A stretch of 64,000 nt of DNA from Acetobacteraceae bacterium (GTDB taxonomy: Bacteria > Bacillota > Sulfobacillia > JAIMBG01): assembly GCA_023511555.1 (NCBI GenBank), contig JAIMBG010000001.1, positions 961-64,960 of the forward strand, given 5' to 3'. Below the pieces are notes generated by a model. That model made no database searches and was not told the origin of the DNA. It saw only the letters and a list, made by a program, of their open reading frames with translations. A program made the position numbers and the translations under genes. How positions within the stretch are numbered: position 1 is the first letter of the stretch; the number at the start of each line of letters is the position of its first letter. This document shows positions 27,809-36,355 of this stretch, piece by piece.

Positions 27809-29386
27809 TCATCCCTCCATGCCTGACCGGGCCGGGGCCCGGCCCCATCTCCACCGGTGAGCGTTCCAGGTGACCGGCGTCTGCGACGACCCGCCTGGCC
27901 GGAAGTTCAGCAGCCCCACCCGGTGGGCCGAGACCTCGATGCGGTGGTACAGCGGGAGCGAAGGGAGGTCCCGGGCGAACAGCTCCTGCTGTCGGTGCAG
28001 GAGCTCCCACCGCCGCCGCTCGTCGAACTCCTCCTCGGCCCGGGCCAAAAGCTCGTCCACCTCCGGGTTCCGCCAGCCGGCGAAGTTGTGGCCGGAGTAC
28101 CCGTTTTCCGGGCCGGGCACCTGCTGGGAGTGCCAGGCGCCGCGCCCGATGGTGTCGGGGTGCATGAGCCAGGCGTAGAGCAGCAGATCGAACTCCCGCC
28201 GGCGCGCAAACTCCCCAAACACCCGGCGGGGCTCGTCCTCTCGGACCTCCACGGCGGCGCCGAACGCCCTCCACTGCTCCTTTAGCTCCGCCGCCGCCCT
28301 TATCCTCGCCGGATCCCCGGCGGTGGTGGTGATGGTGAACGAAAGCGGCTTCCCGTCTCCGTCCGCCCAGGTCCCGTCCCGGAACTCGAACCCGCAGCCC
28401 TTAAGCAGCTCGGCCGCGCGGCGGGCGTCGCCGCCGGGAAGGCGCTGGGCCTTGTACCCGCGGTGCCTTTCCGGAAGCCAGGAATCGGCGAGCCGGCCTT
28501 TGCCCCCGGTCGCCGCCGCCACCACCCGGGAGCGGTCCACGGCCCAGGCGAGGGCGTGCCTTACCTCGCGCCGGCCCAGGTGGGGGTGGTCGAGGTTGAA
28601 GTCGATGCGTTCCACGGCCAGAGACGGCGTGAAGTGGACGCACACCCGCCCCCGGCCCGCCTCGGCCAGCCGGGCGGCCTGGCCCAGGGTAAGGTTGTTG
28701 GTGGCCATTACGTCAAGGTCGCCCCGGAGCAGCGCCGCCGCCATCTCCTCCGGGTCGGGGATGAACCGGAACGACAGCCCGTCCAGGGGCGGCCGTCCCT
28801 CGCAGAAGTCGGGCACGGCGGAAAGGTCTATGCGGTCCTTTGGCCTCCACTCCACGAAGCGGAAGGGGCCGGTGGTGAGCGGCCGCTTGCCGAACTCCAG
28901 CAGGTGGAATCCGGCCGGGTCCTTGAGGTACGCCGGCTCGAGCACGTGCCGGGGGAGCATCAGGTAGTAGTGATTGGCCGTCGCCAGCCGGCGCTTCCAG
29001 GTGACCACCAGGGTATACGGGTCGGGGCACTGCATGTCCTCGATCTGGGGGTCGTACCAGCGCGAGTCTATCTGCACCCTGGGGTCCATCCTCAGCCGCC
29101 AGGTCCAGACTGCGTCCTGGGTGGTGAGGGGCACCCCGTCGTGCCAGCGGTAGCCGCGCTTCCAGTGGTAGGTGATGCGCATGCCGCCGCCGGGCAGGAA
29201 CTCCCACCCCCGCCCTGGGGTGGGGATGCGCCGGAGCACCCGGGGGTGGGCCCGGCCGCGGTCATCGTAGTGCAGCGGCCGGGTGGTCATGGCCCCCAGG
29301 ATGTCCGCGGCCGAGGCCATGGCCTGCATACCGGGGAACAGGCTGTCCGGTTCCTGGCTGAGCCCTATCCTGGCCAGCCCGCCCAT
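27809..29386 (-). CDS. Solute-binding protein family 5 (DppA/OppA-like) paralog without a signal peptide
   Basis: SBP_bac_5 architecture throughout. N-terminus MGGLARIGLSQEPDSLFPG… has no hydrophobic signal or lipobox, and the upstream gene leaves no room for one. Confidence 0.75.
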   Translation of the reverse strand: MGGLARIGLSQEPDSLFPGMQAMASAADILGAMTTRPLHYDDRGRAHPRVLRRIPTPGRGWEFLPGGGMRITYHWKRGYRWHDGVPLTTQDAVWTWRLRMDPRVQIDSRWYDPQIEDMQCPDPYTLVVTWKRRLATANHYYLMLPRHVLEPAYLKDPAGFHLLEFGKRPLTTGPFRFVEWRPKDRIDLSAVPDFCEGRPPLDGLSFRFIPDPEEMAAALLRGDLDVMATNNLTLGQAARLAEAGRGRVCVHFTPSLAVERIDFNLDHPHLGRREVRHALAWAVDRSRVVAAATGGKGRLADSWLPERHRGYKAQRLPGGDARRAAELLKGCGFEFRDGTWADGDGKPLSFTITTTAGDPARIRAAAELKEQWRAFGAAVEVREDEPRRVFGEFARRREFDLLLYAWLMHPDTIGRGAWHSQQVPGPENGYSGHNFAGWRNPEVDELLARAEEEFDERRRWELLHRQQELFARDLPSLPLYHRIEVSAHRVGLLNFRPGGSSQTPVTWNAHRWRWGRAPARSGMEG

Positions 29387-29407
29387 GTCTTCAGCCCTCC
29401 CGTGCCC

Positions 29408-31042
29408 TCAGCTCCCCCACCGCCAGGTGTGCGCGTTCCAGGGGAGGTAGGTCCCCGAGAGCCCCACCGGCCTGACCCCAAGCAGGCTGCGCTTTGAGGT
29501 CTGGAGGTGGATGCGGAAGTAAAGGGGGAGGGAGGGGAGGTCGGCGGCGAACTGCTCCTGCTGCCGGTGGAACAGCTCGATCCGCTTCGCGGTGTCAAGC
29601 TCCCGCAGGACCGCGGCGATGAGGCGGTCGTTCTCCGCGCTGCGCCAGCCGCAGAAGTTCTGGCCGGTGTAGTTGTTATCCGGGGACGGTATCTGGCTGG
29701 AGTGCCACAGCCCGAAGCCCGGGGCGGTGGGGCTCATCACCCACGACAGCATGACCAGTTGGAACTGCCTTTTGCGCAGCCGGTCGGCGATAAGCACCTG
29801 GGCCGGCAGCTCCTCCAGCTTCAGCTCGATGCCGGCCCGGGCCAGGTCCTCTGTCATGGCGGCCGCGATTCGCCGCCGGAGCTGGTTTCCGGCGGTGGTG
29901 GACAGCGTGAGGGTGAGCCTCTCGCCGCCGGCGTTCCGGCGGATGCCGTCGGGGCCGCGGCGCCAGCCGGCCTGGTCCAGGAGCTGCGAAGCGCGGTCGG
30001 GCTCGTACTCGTACCGCGGAACGCCGGGGTGGAAAGCGTAGTATCTTTCGCCCAGCCAGGTGTGGGCCACGTTCACCCGGCCCCGGAACTCGCGCTTGAC
30101 CGCGGCCTCGCGGTTGAACGCATGGAGCAGCGCCCGCCGCACCCGGACGTCGGAGAGCACCGGGTCGTCGAGGTTGACGTCGATGTGCTCCCACTCGATG
30201 GCCGGGCTGTAGTGGGTGGCGACAAAGTCGCCCGCCGCCTCCTCTATCTCCGCCATGTCCTCCAGGGAGAAGTTGTTGAGCTCGGTGCAGTCCACCTCGC
30301 CCGCGATCTGGGCCCTCTTCAGCGAGGCGGCGTCGGGGTAGAAGCGGTAGACCAGCCGCTTTATCGTGGCCGGACCCTCCACGAAGTCTTCCACCGCCCG
30401 GACGCTCAGCTCCTCCCCGCGCCTCCAGTAGTCGAAGCGGTAGGGGCCGTTGCCCATCGGGTGGTCCCAGAGGGGGACCTGGTCGAGCCTGTCCCTTCCC
30501 TTGAGCAGCGGCTCATAGACCCTGCGGGGTACGAACGACGCCCCATATGCGGCGCCGAAGAACAGGTCGGCGTGAGGCAGCCGCTCTTTCCAGTGGACGT
30601 CGAACTCCAGGTCGTTCTTCACCACGATGCTTTCTATCTTGGCCTCTATCCACCGGGTAACGATGGGCAGCCGGGGGTCGAGGCAGAACTGCCAGCCGTA
30701 GAGCACGTCGTCGGCCGTCACCGGGGTGCCGTCGTGCCACTTGTAGCCGGGACGGAGGCGGTAGTGCATTATCATCCGGTCTCCGTGGACCTCCCAGGAG
30801 CCGTCCTCCAGGGAGGGGAGCTTCTCGGCCACGCGGGCGTATGGCTTCCAGTCGTCGTTCCACTCGATGAGCGCGCAGAACATGGTGTTCATCACCGCTC
30901 CGGCGGCCACCGTGCTCTGCCCCTTTATGGCCATCCCGTCGGGCTCCTGCGCCATCCCGATGACCACCGTCTTTTCGTCTATCACCGGGCCCTTTATGGG
31001 CATCCGCCTCATCCCTCCCTCGGTTCTTCGGACCACACCCAC
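29408..31042 (-). CDS. Solute-binding protein family 5 paralog without a signal peptide
   Basis: Paralog of the neighbouring genes (…IGMAQEPDGMAIKG…). No signal peptide; overlaps the upstream paralog's 3' end. Confidence 0.75.
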   Translation of the reverse strand: MGVVRRTEGGMRRMPIKGPVIDEKTVVIGMAQEPDGMAIKGQSTVAAGAVMNTMFCALIEWNDDWKPYARVAEKLPSLEDGSWEVHGDRMIMHYRLRPGYKWHDGTPVTADDVLYGWQFCLDPRLPIVTRWIEAKIESIVVKNDLEFDVHWKERLPHADLFFGAAYGASFVPRRVYEPLLKGRDRLDQVPLWDHPMGNGPYRFDYWRRGEELSVRAVEDFVEGPATIKRLVYRFYPDAASLKRAQIAGEVDCTELNNFSLEDMAEIEEAAGDFVATHYSPAIEWEHIDVNLDDPVLSDVRVRRALLHAFNREAAVKREFRGRVNVAHTWLGERYYAFHPGVPRYEYEPDRASQLLDQAGWRRGPDGIRRNAGGERLTLTLSTTAGNQLRRRIAAAMTEDLARAGIELKLEELPAQVLIADRLRKRQFQLVMLSWVMSPTAPGFGLWHSSQIPSPDNNYTGQNFCGWRSAENDRLIAAVLRELDTAKRIELFHRQQEQFAADLPSLPLYFRIHLQTSKRSLLGVRPVGLSGTYLPWNAHTWRWGS

Positions 31043-32595
31043 TCCTGCGCGTTCCAGGTGACCGGCCCCACCGACATCCCGGTGGGACGGATGCCTTTCA
31101 GACCGCGGCGGTGGGCCACCACCTCCGCCCTCATGAGCAGCGGAAGGCAGGGCAGGTCGCGGGCGAAGACCGCCTGCTGCTCCCGCATCACCGCCGCCCG
31201 GCGGTCGTCGTCCAGCTCTCGCAGCCCCCGGGACAGCAGGGCGTCGTTTTCCGCGCTCCGCCAGCCGGGGTAGTTGCGGCCCTGCCAGGCGTTCTGGGGG
31301 CTGGGGACCTGAGACGAGTGCCAGGCCCCGAACCCCATGGCGTGAAGGTGCATCACCCAGGAGTACATGGCCAGGTGCTCGAACCGCCGCCGCGGCAGAA
31401 GCTCGGTAAACAGTTCCCGGGCCGGGACCCAGCCGGTCTCGCAGGCCACGCCTATCTCCCGCCAGGCCGAGACCAGCCCCTCGGCCAGCCGCTCCCTGAG
31501 CTTGTCGCCCGCGGTGGTAAGCAGCCGCAGCGGGCTCTTGCCGGCGGGGATGAGCCGTCCGGAGCGCTCCTCCCAGCCCGCCTCGAGCAGCAGCGACCGC
31601 GCCCTCCCGGGGTCGCGCCCCAGAGCCCTGAGCACCGGGTCGTGGTCGGGATGCCCGGTGGGCAGCCAGCTCGTCGCCACCTGGAGCCGGCCCGCCGACG
31701 CCTGCCGCACCAGCTCCTCCCGGTCCACCGCCAGGGCCAGGCCCAGCCGGGCCCGGGGGTCGGAGAGCGCCGGGGAGTCGCAGTTGAAGTCCAGCCTTTC
31801 CACGATGAGCGCGGGCTTGTAAACGAATCTGAACTCCGGAAAGGCGTCCTCCAGGTCCAGAACCTCGTCAAGCGACATCGACGCGCCCGAGACCACGTCG
31901 ACCTCGCCCCGTCGCCAGCCCGCGACGAGCTCCTCCGGCCCCGGGTAGAAGCGGAAGACTATCCGCTCCGCCGCCCGGCCCCGGGCGGGGGGCGGGGGCG
32001 GCGCCATGCGGACCACCTCGATGAACTCCCCTGGAACCCAGCGGGAGAACCGGAACGGACCCATGCCCACCGGGCTCCGGGCGAAGGGAAGCCGCGGGAG
32101 CGAGGTGGGGTCCCTGTCGAAAGCCTCCGCCAGGAGGTGGCGGGGCAGCGCCCGGTGGCACATGTTGGCGTTGGGGGTCATCTCACTCCAGTCGACCACC
32201 AGGGTGAGGGGGTCCGGGCAGTGCATCCCGGCCACCTTGACGTCGTCGGACTTCGTCACCACGGACTTTACGGCGGGGTGCGTCCACATCCGCCATGTCC
32301 ACTCGACGTCGTAGGCCTGGAGCGGATGCCCGTCGTGCCACCGCACCCCCGGCCGGATGCGGTAGGTGAGCCGCATGCGGCCGTCGGGGAACACCTCCCA
32401 GTCGCCGCCCGATACCGAAGGGATGCGCTCCACCCAGGTGGGGAAAGGCCGCCAGTCGTCGCCGTACTGCACCGGCCGGGTGTAGAGCGTCGCCAGCACC
32501 AGCCCCGAGGCGTAAAGCGGCGTAAACGCCAGCAGCAGGTTGTCCGGCTCCTGCGTCACCCCGATGACCACCGTGCCCTCGTCACCGCGACCCAT
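31009..32595 (-). CDS. Solute-binding protein family 5 paralog without a signal peptide
   Basis: MGRGDEGTVVIGVTQEPDNLLLAF…; starts 22 nt after the 5'-nucleotidase stop; no signal peptide. Confidence 0.75.
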   Translation of the reverse strand: MGRGDEGTVVIGVTQEPDNLLLAFTPLYASGLVLATLYTRPVQYGDDWRPFPTWVERIPSVSGGDWEVFPDGRMRLTYRIRPGVRWHDGHPLQAYDVEWTWRMWTHPAVKSVVTKSDDVKVAGMHCPDPLTLVVDWSEMTPNANMCHRALPRHLLAEAFDRDPTSLPRLPFARSPVGMGPFRFSRWVPGEFIEVVRMAPPPPPARGRAAERIVFRFYPGPEELVAGWRRGEVDVVSGASMSLDEVLDLEDAFPEFRFVYKPALIVERLDFNCDSPALSDPRARLGLALAVDREELVRQASAGRLQVATSWLPTGHPDHDPVLRALGRDPGRARSLLLEAGWEERSGRLIPAGKSPLRLLTTAGDKLRERLAEGLVSAWREIGVACETGWVPARELFTELLPRRRFEHLAMYSWVMHLHAMGFGAWHSSQVPSPQNAWQGRNYPGWRSAENDALLSRGLRELDDDRRAAVMREQQAVFARDLPCLPLLMRAEVVAHRRGLKGIRPTGMSVGPVTWNAQEWVWSEEPREG

Positions 32596-32617
32596 CGGCT
32601 CCCCTCCCTCTGGAATG

Positions 32618-34108
32618 TCACAGGAGCGTGTGGCCGTCCAGGAAGTCGCTGTCCTGCTCCCCCGCAGACCAGGGCGGGGGCGGCGGCTGGCTCACCAGCT
32701 CCACCGGCGGGGCCGGGGCTCCCGGCCCGGACCTGAGGTACTCCTTGAGACAGGTGACGGGGTGGATGCCCGTGTCCTGCCCGTCTGGGGGCATCCGGAA
32801 GCCCGCCCCGCCGCGGGCCATGTACTCCTGCACCGCCACGGCGTACCGGCCGTCCTCGTCCGGCGGGCCCTCGAACTCCAGCCCCACCACGCGCTGCCCC
32901 GGGGGCCGCCGGGGGTCGACCTTGACCTTGGCCCCCGCCACCTGCAGCAGCGTTCCCCCCAGGGCGTCAAGCTGCTTCAGGCCGTGCTCCAGACAGGCCA
33001 GGACTTCCTCGCGTGTGAGGCGGAACCGCACTACCCGGGAGCGGTAGGGAATCACGTCCACCAGGTCCTGGTAGCGGATGGGGCCCTTGAGGCCGGCCGA
33101 GAACACCCCGCCCACGAGCTGCAGCGCCACGTCGCACTTGCAGTGCCAGCGAACCGCGGCCGCCACCAGGCCCCCCAGGGCGGCCTGGCCCCGGCGCAGC
33201 CGCACCAGGTTGCCGTCGGTGTAGGGCAAGAATGCTACCGGCTGGTCCAGCTCCTCCCGGAAGGGCCGGAGCGCCGCCTCGACCGCCGGGTCGGGCGGTA
33301 TGGCCAGGGAGACCTCGATGAGCTGGGCCTGGGCCCTGAGCCAGCGCCCGGGCAGGAGCTCCGCCTCCAGTCGGCCGAGCCAGCGCCCCTGCCTTCCGGC
33401 CTTGACCACGATGGGCCCCGGCCCCTCGTACTCGGCCACCGGGCTGCTGCCGCCAGGGGGGATGAGCCCGGCGAACCCCGCCACATGACCCCCCACGATC
33501 ACGTCGGCATGGGGAAACTCCGCCGCCAGGCGGCAGTCGTCCTCCGTGGTCTGGTGAGTGATCACCACCACCCAATCGGGTGCCTCGGCGTTGCCGCCGC
33601 CCACCAGCCGCTGGAGCGCCGGGACCGGGGGCAGCCATCTGAGCTGGGCCCGGGCTGGGGGGTTGAACTTGCTGAACACGTCCTCCGAGACCACCGAGGC
33701 TATCAGCACTGACCCGGCCGGGGTCTTAAGCAGGGCCGTCTCGGGCAGCACCGGCCCCCCCTCCGCCAGGTGCACGTTGCTGGACACGATGGGGAAGCTG
33801 GCCAGGGAGGCTAGCTCCCGGATGTAGGCCGGCCCCAGGTCGAAGTCGTGGTTGCCGCAGCCCATGGCGTCGTAACCGGCGGCGCTCATGCCCACGATGT
33901 CGGCACGCCCGCCGAACGCCGCAGATGCCGTGGCCCCGTAAAGCACGTCGCCGCTGTCGAGCAGCAGCACCGCCCCCCCGCCCTCCCGCTCTCGCCGTAC
34001 CAGCGCGGCCCGGCGCTCCAGGCCCCCGACCGGCCGCCCGTCCGGGGCGGAAAACGGCCAGACGGAGGCGTGGTGCTCGCAGGAGTGGAAGATGACCAGC
34101 CGGCTCAC
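32618..34108 (-). CDS. Bifunctional metallophosphatase / 5'-nucleotidase (UshA/YfkN family), cytoplasmic
   Basis: Calcineurin-like metallophosphatase motifs (…LLLDSGD…, GNHDFD) and a 5'-nucleotidase C-terminal substrate-binding domain. No signal peptide. Confidence 0.8.
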   Translation of the reverse strand: MSRLVIFHSCEHHASVWPFSAPDGRPVGGLERRAALVRREREGGGAVLLLDSGDVLYGATASAAFGGRADIVGMSAAGYDAMGCGNHDFDLGPAYIRELASLASFPIVSSNVHLAEGGPVLPETALLKTPAGSVLIASVVSEDVFSKFNPPARAQLRWLPPVPALQRLVGGGNAEAPDWVVVITHQTTEDDCRLAAEFPHADVIVGGHVAGFAGLIPPGGSSPVAEYEGPGPIVVKAGRQGRWLGRLEAELLPGRWLRAQAQLIEVSLAIPPDPAVEAALRPFREELDQPVAFLPYTDGNLVRLRRGQAALGGLVAAAVRWHCKCDVALQLVGGVFSAGLKGPIRYQDLVDVIPYRSRVVRFRLTREEVLACLEHGLKQLDALGGTLLQVAGAKVKVDPRRPPGQRVVGLEFEGPPDEDGRYAVAVQEYMARGGAGFRMPPDGQDTGIHPVTCLKEYLRSGPGAPAPPVELVSQPPPPPWSAGEQDSDFLDGHTLL

Positions 34109-35346
34109 CCGCCGACCCCCTCCTTCCGGATGCCGTGCTCCCGCACCTCACGGCGCAGCGTCATCGACGCCGCCAGGGCGGAGAGGATGGGGCCGCAGAC
34201 CGCAAACACCGCGGCTGGGCCGAGGATCTCGGTGAGCTCGCCCACGGCCAGGAAACCCAGGGGCAGGATGGACATCCCTAGGGCCATGCCGGCGCCGCTC
34301 ACCCGGCCCACGAACTCCGCAGCCACGTCGGACTGAAGCGAGGTCTGCCAGATGACCCCGAACACCGTGCTGCCCGCGCCCACCACCAGGCCGGCGAGCA
34401 GCACGCTCCACAGCGCTGGGCACAGGCCCGCGACCAGCAGGCTCAGCCCCTGGGCGGCGACTGCCCAGTACACCACCAGGCCGGGGCGCAGCAGGCGCAG
34501 GCCGGAGCCGAAGGCCACCGCCATGCCGACAGACCCCGCCGCCTGGACGCTGTAGGCCAGGCCCAGGCCGACGAGACCGATGCTGGCGTGGGCGCGGGCC
34601 AGAAGCGGCAGGGAGACCAGCCAGGGGCCGGCGGCCAGCACGTTGCCCACGGCGGTGAAGACAGAGGCGCCCAAGAGGAACCGGTGCCGCAGCAGTTCCC
34701 TCCAGCCGGGGCCAATCTTCCTCCACAGCGGCTCCGACGGCCCGCGCGCCTGGCGGGCGGCGACCCTGAGCAGCATCAGGGTGGCCACCGACACCATGAA
34801 GGTGGCGGCATCGAAAAGGACCGGGGCGCTGAGCCCCCCCAGGGCGGCCAGGCCGGTCGCCAGCGTGGGGCCGATCACCATGGCTGTTTGACGGGTGGCC
34901 GCCAGGAGCGAATTGGTGGGGGGCAGGATCTCCCGGGGGGCAATGTCGGCGATGAGAGCCATGGAGGCGGGCTGAAACAGCGACTCCAGCAGGCCGAACA
35001 GCGCCATGGTCAGGTACAGCATCCACATCTGATGCCGGCCCAAAAGGACCACGAGGCCCAGCGCCGCCACCAGGGCGGCGCGGCCTGCATCGGCCCAGAT
35101 CATTACCCTGCGCCCGCTGACGCGGTCGGCGAGGGCCCCGCCGAACATAAGCATAACGGCCTGGGGCAGGGAAGCGGCCACCAGCACCAGCGACACCTGA
35201 AGGCCGGAGTCGGTGAGCGTGCAGGCGATCCATGCCAGGGCCACCTGGTATATGCGGTCGCCAAGCAAAGACAGAGACTGGCCGGACCAGTACAGCCGGA
35301 CTCGGGCGTTCCTCAGCGCCTCCAGCCAGCTTGCTCCCCTAGCCAC
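34105..35346 (-). CDS. MFS transporter (efflux-type, EntS/YbdA-like)
   Basis: 12-TM MFS pattern. GTG 35346 overlaps the GNAT stop (GTGGCTAG); maximal ORF to 35451. Confidence 0.75.
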   Translation of the reverse strand: MARGASWLEALRNARVRLYWSGQSLSLLGDRIYQVALAWIACTLTDSGLQVSLVLVAASLPQAVMLMFGGALADRVSGRRVMIWADAGRAALVAALGLVVLLGRHQMWMLYLTMALFGLLESLFQPASMALIADIAPREILPPTNSLLAATRQTAMVIGPTLATGLAALGGLSAPVLFDAATFMVSVATLMLLRVAARQARGPSEPLWRKIGPGWRELLRHRFLLGASVFTAVGNVLAAGPWLVSLPLLARAHASIGLVGLGLAYSVQAAGSVGMAVAFGSGLRLLRPGLVVYWAVAAQGLSLLVAGLCPALWSVLLAGLVVGAGSTVFGVIWQTSLQSDVAAEFVGRVSGAGMALGMSILPLGFLAVGELTEILGPAAVFAVCGPILSALAASMTLRREVREHGIRKEGVGG

Positions 35347-35929
35347 AGCCTCCCCCTCCCCGCGCCTCTCCGCGCCGCCCGGCATACTCCCCGCGCAGCA
35401 GGCCGAGTCGGATGGTCTTCCAGAAGCGGCCGTCCACGTATACGTCGTCACGGCTCTCGCCCTCGACCTGGAACCCCGCCGACTGGAACAGCCTTAGCGA
35501 TCGCCGGTTGAACTCGAAGGTGGTCGCCTGGACCTTGTGGGCCGCCTGGCCGTCGAAGAGGAGGGCCAGAAGGAGGTCGAGCGCTTCACGGCCGTACCCC
35601 TTGCCCCAGAGATCGGGCCGGCCGATGAGCAGGCCGACGTCGTACACCCCGAACTCCCTCACCCTGGTCCAGCGCGCCCACCCGATGAGCTCCTGGGGCA
35701 GCAGCACCACGCCGTAGGCGCGGAAGTCGGGGGAAAAGGCCCGTTCCCGGTAGCGCTGCTCTAAGAAGGCGAGGGGTATCTGGTCGACTGAGGCGTCAAA
35801 CATCTTGAGCACCTCGGGGTCTGAAAGCCACGCCCAGTAAGAGCGGTTGTCCTCGGGCTCCCAGGCCCTGAGTGCCACGCGGCTGCCGGCTATCACTCCC
35901 CCCACCTCCATGCGGCCGCGGCCGTGCAA
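35339..35929 (-). CDS. GNAT-family N-acetyltransferase (RimJ/RimL-like)
   Basis: GNAT fold motifs (…VGLLIGRPDLWGKGYGREALDLLL…FQSAGF…). Confidence 0.8.
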   Translation of the reverse strand: MHGRGRMEVGGVIAGSRVALRAWEPEDNRSYWAWLSDPEVLKMFDASVDQIPLAFLEQRYRERAFSPDFRAYGVVLLPQELIGWARWTRVREFGVYDVGLLIGRPDLWGKGYGREALDLLLALLFDGQAAHKVQATTFEFNRRSLRLFQSAGFQVEGESRDDVYVDGRFWKTIRLGLLRGEYAGRRGEARGGGGCG

Positions 35930-36355
35930 TCTGGCGGTCCACCTGCCCTGGTGGCGCCCTGAGGTTCAATGGGTGATAGCCCCGGGATTTGACATAATAT
36001 TCAGGTTCTGCTTAAGAACATTCGGGGCAAGACGGTTAAGTCCTGCTATACCTTGCGAGTCAAAAAAGATTTTACTAGCCTCCCTGACCACCCCGGCGAG
36101 ACCGCCACTCACCAGGGAATAGACAGGCCGCACCCCTGAGAGCCGCGGCCCGCACTCTTCAAAGCTGCAATTCTCTTCTTTCCACAATATCGGTGCCCCC
36201 GGGCGGCCGTGAGCGAACCGGGTGGGCGCAGGGTCATGCCGCATGGCCGCGAGCGACGTCGTGGCGTCCCCAGGCCGCCCGCACCGCTGCTTACTCGCGG
36301 CGCCAGCCTTGACCCCCCGCCCTGCCGGTGGCCGGGCGCGGCCTCCCCCGGGGGC

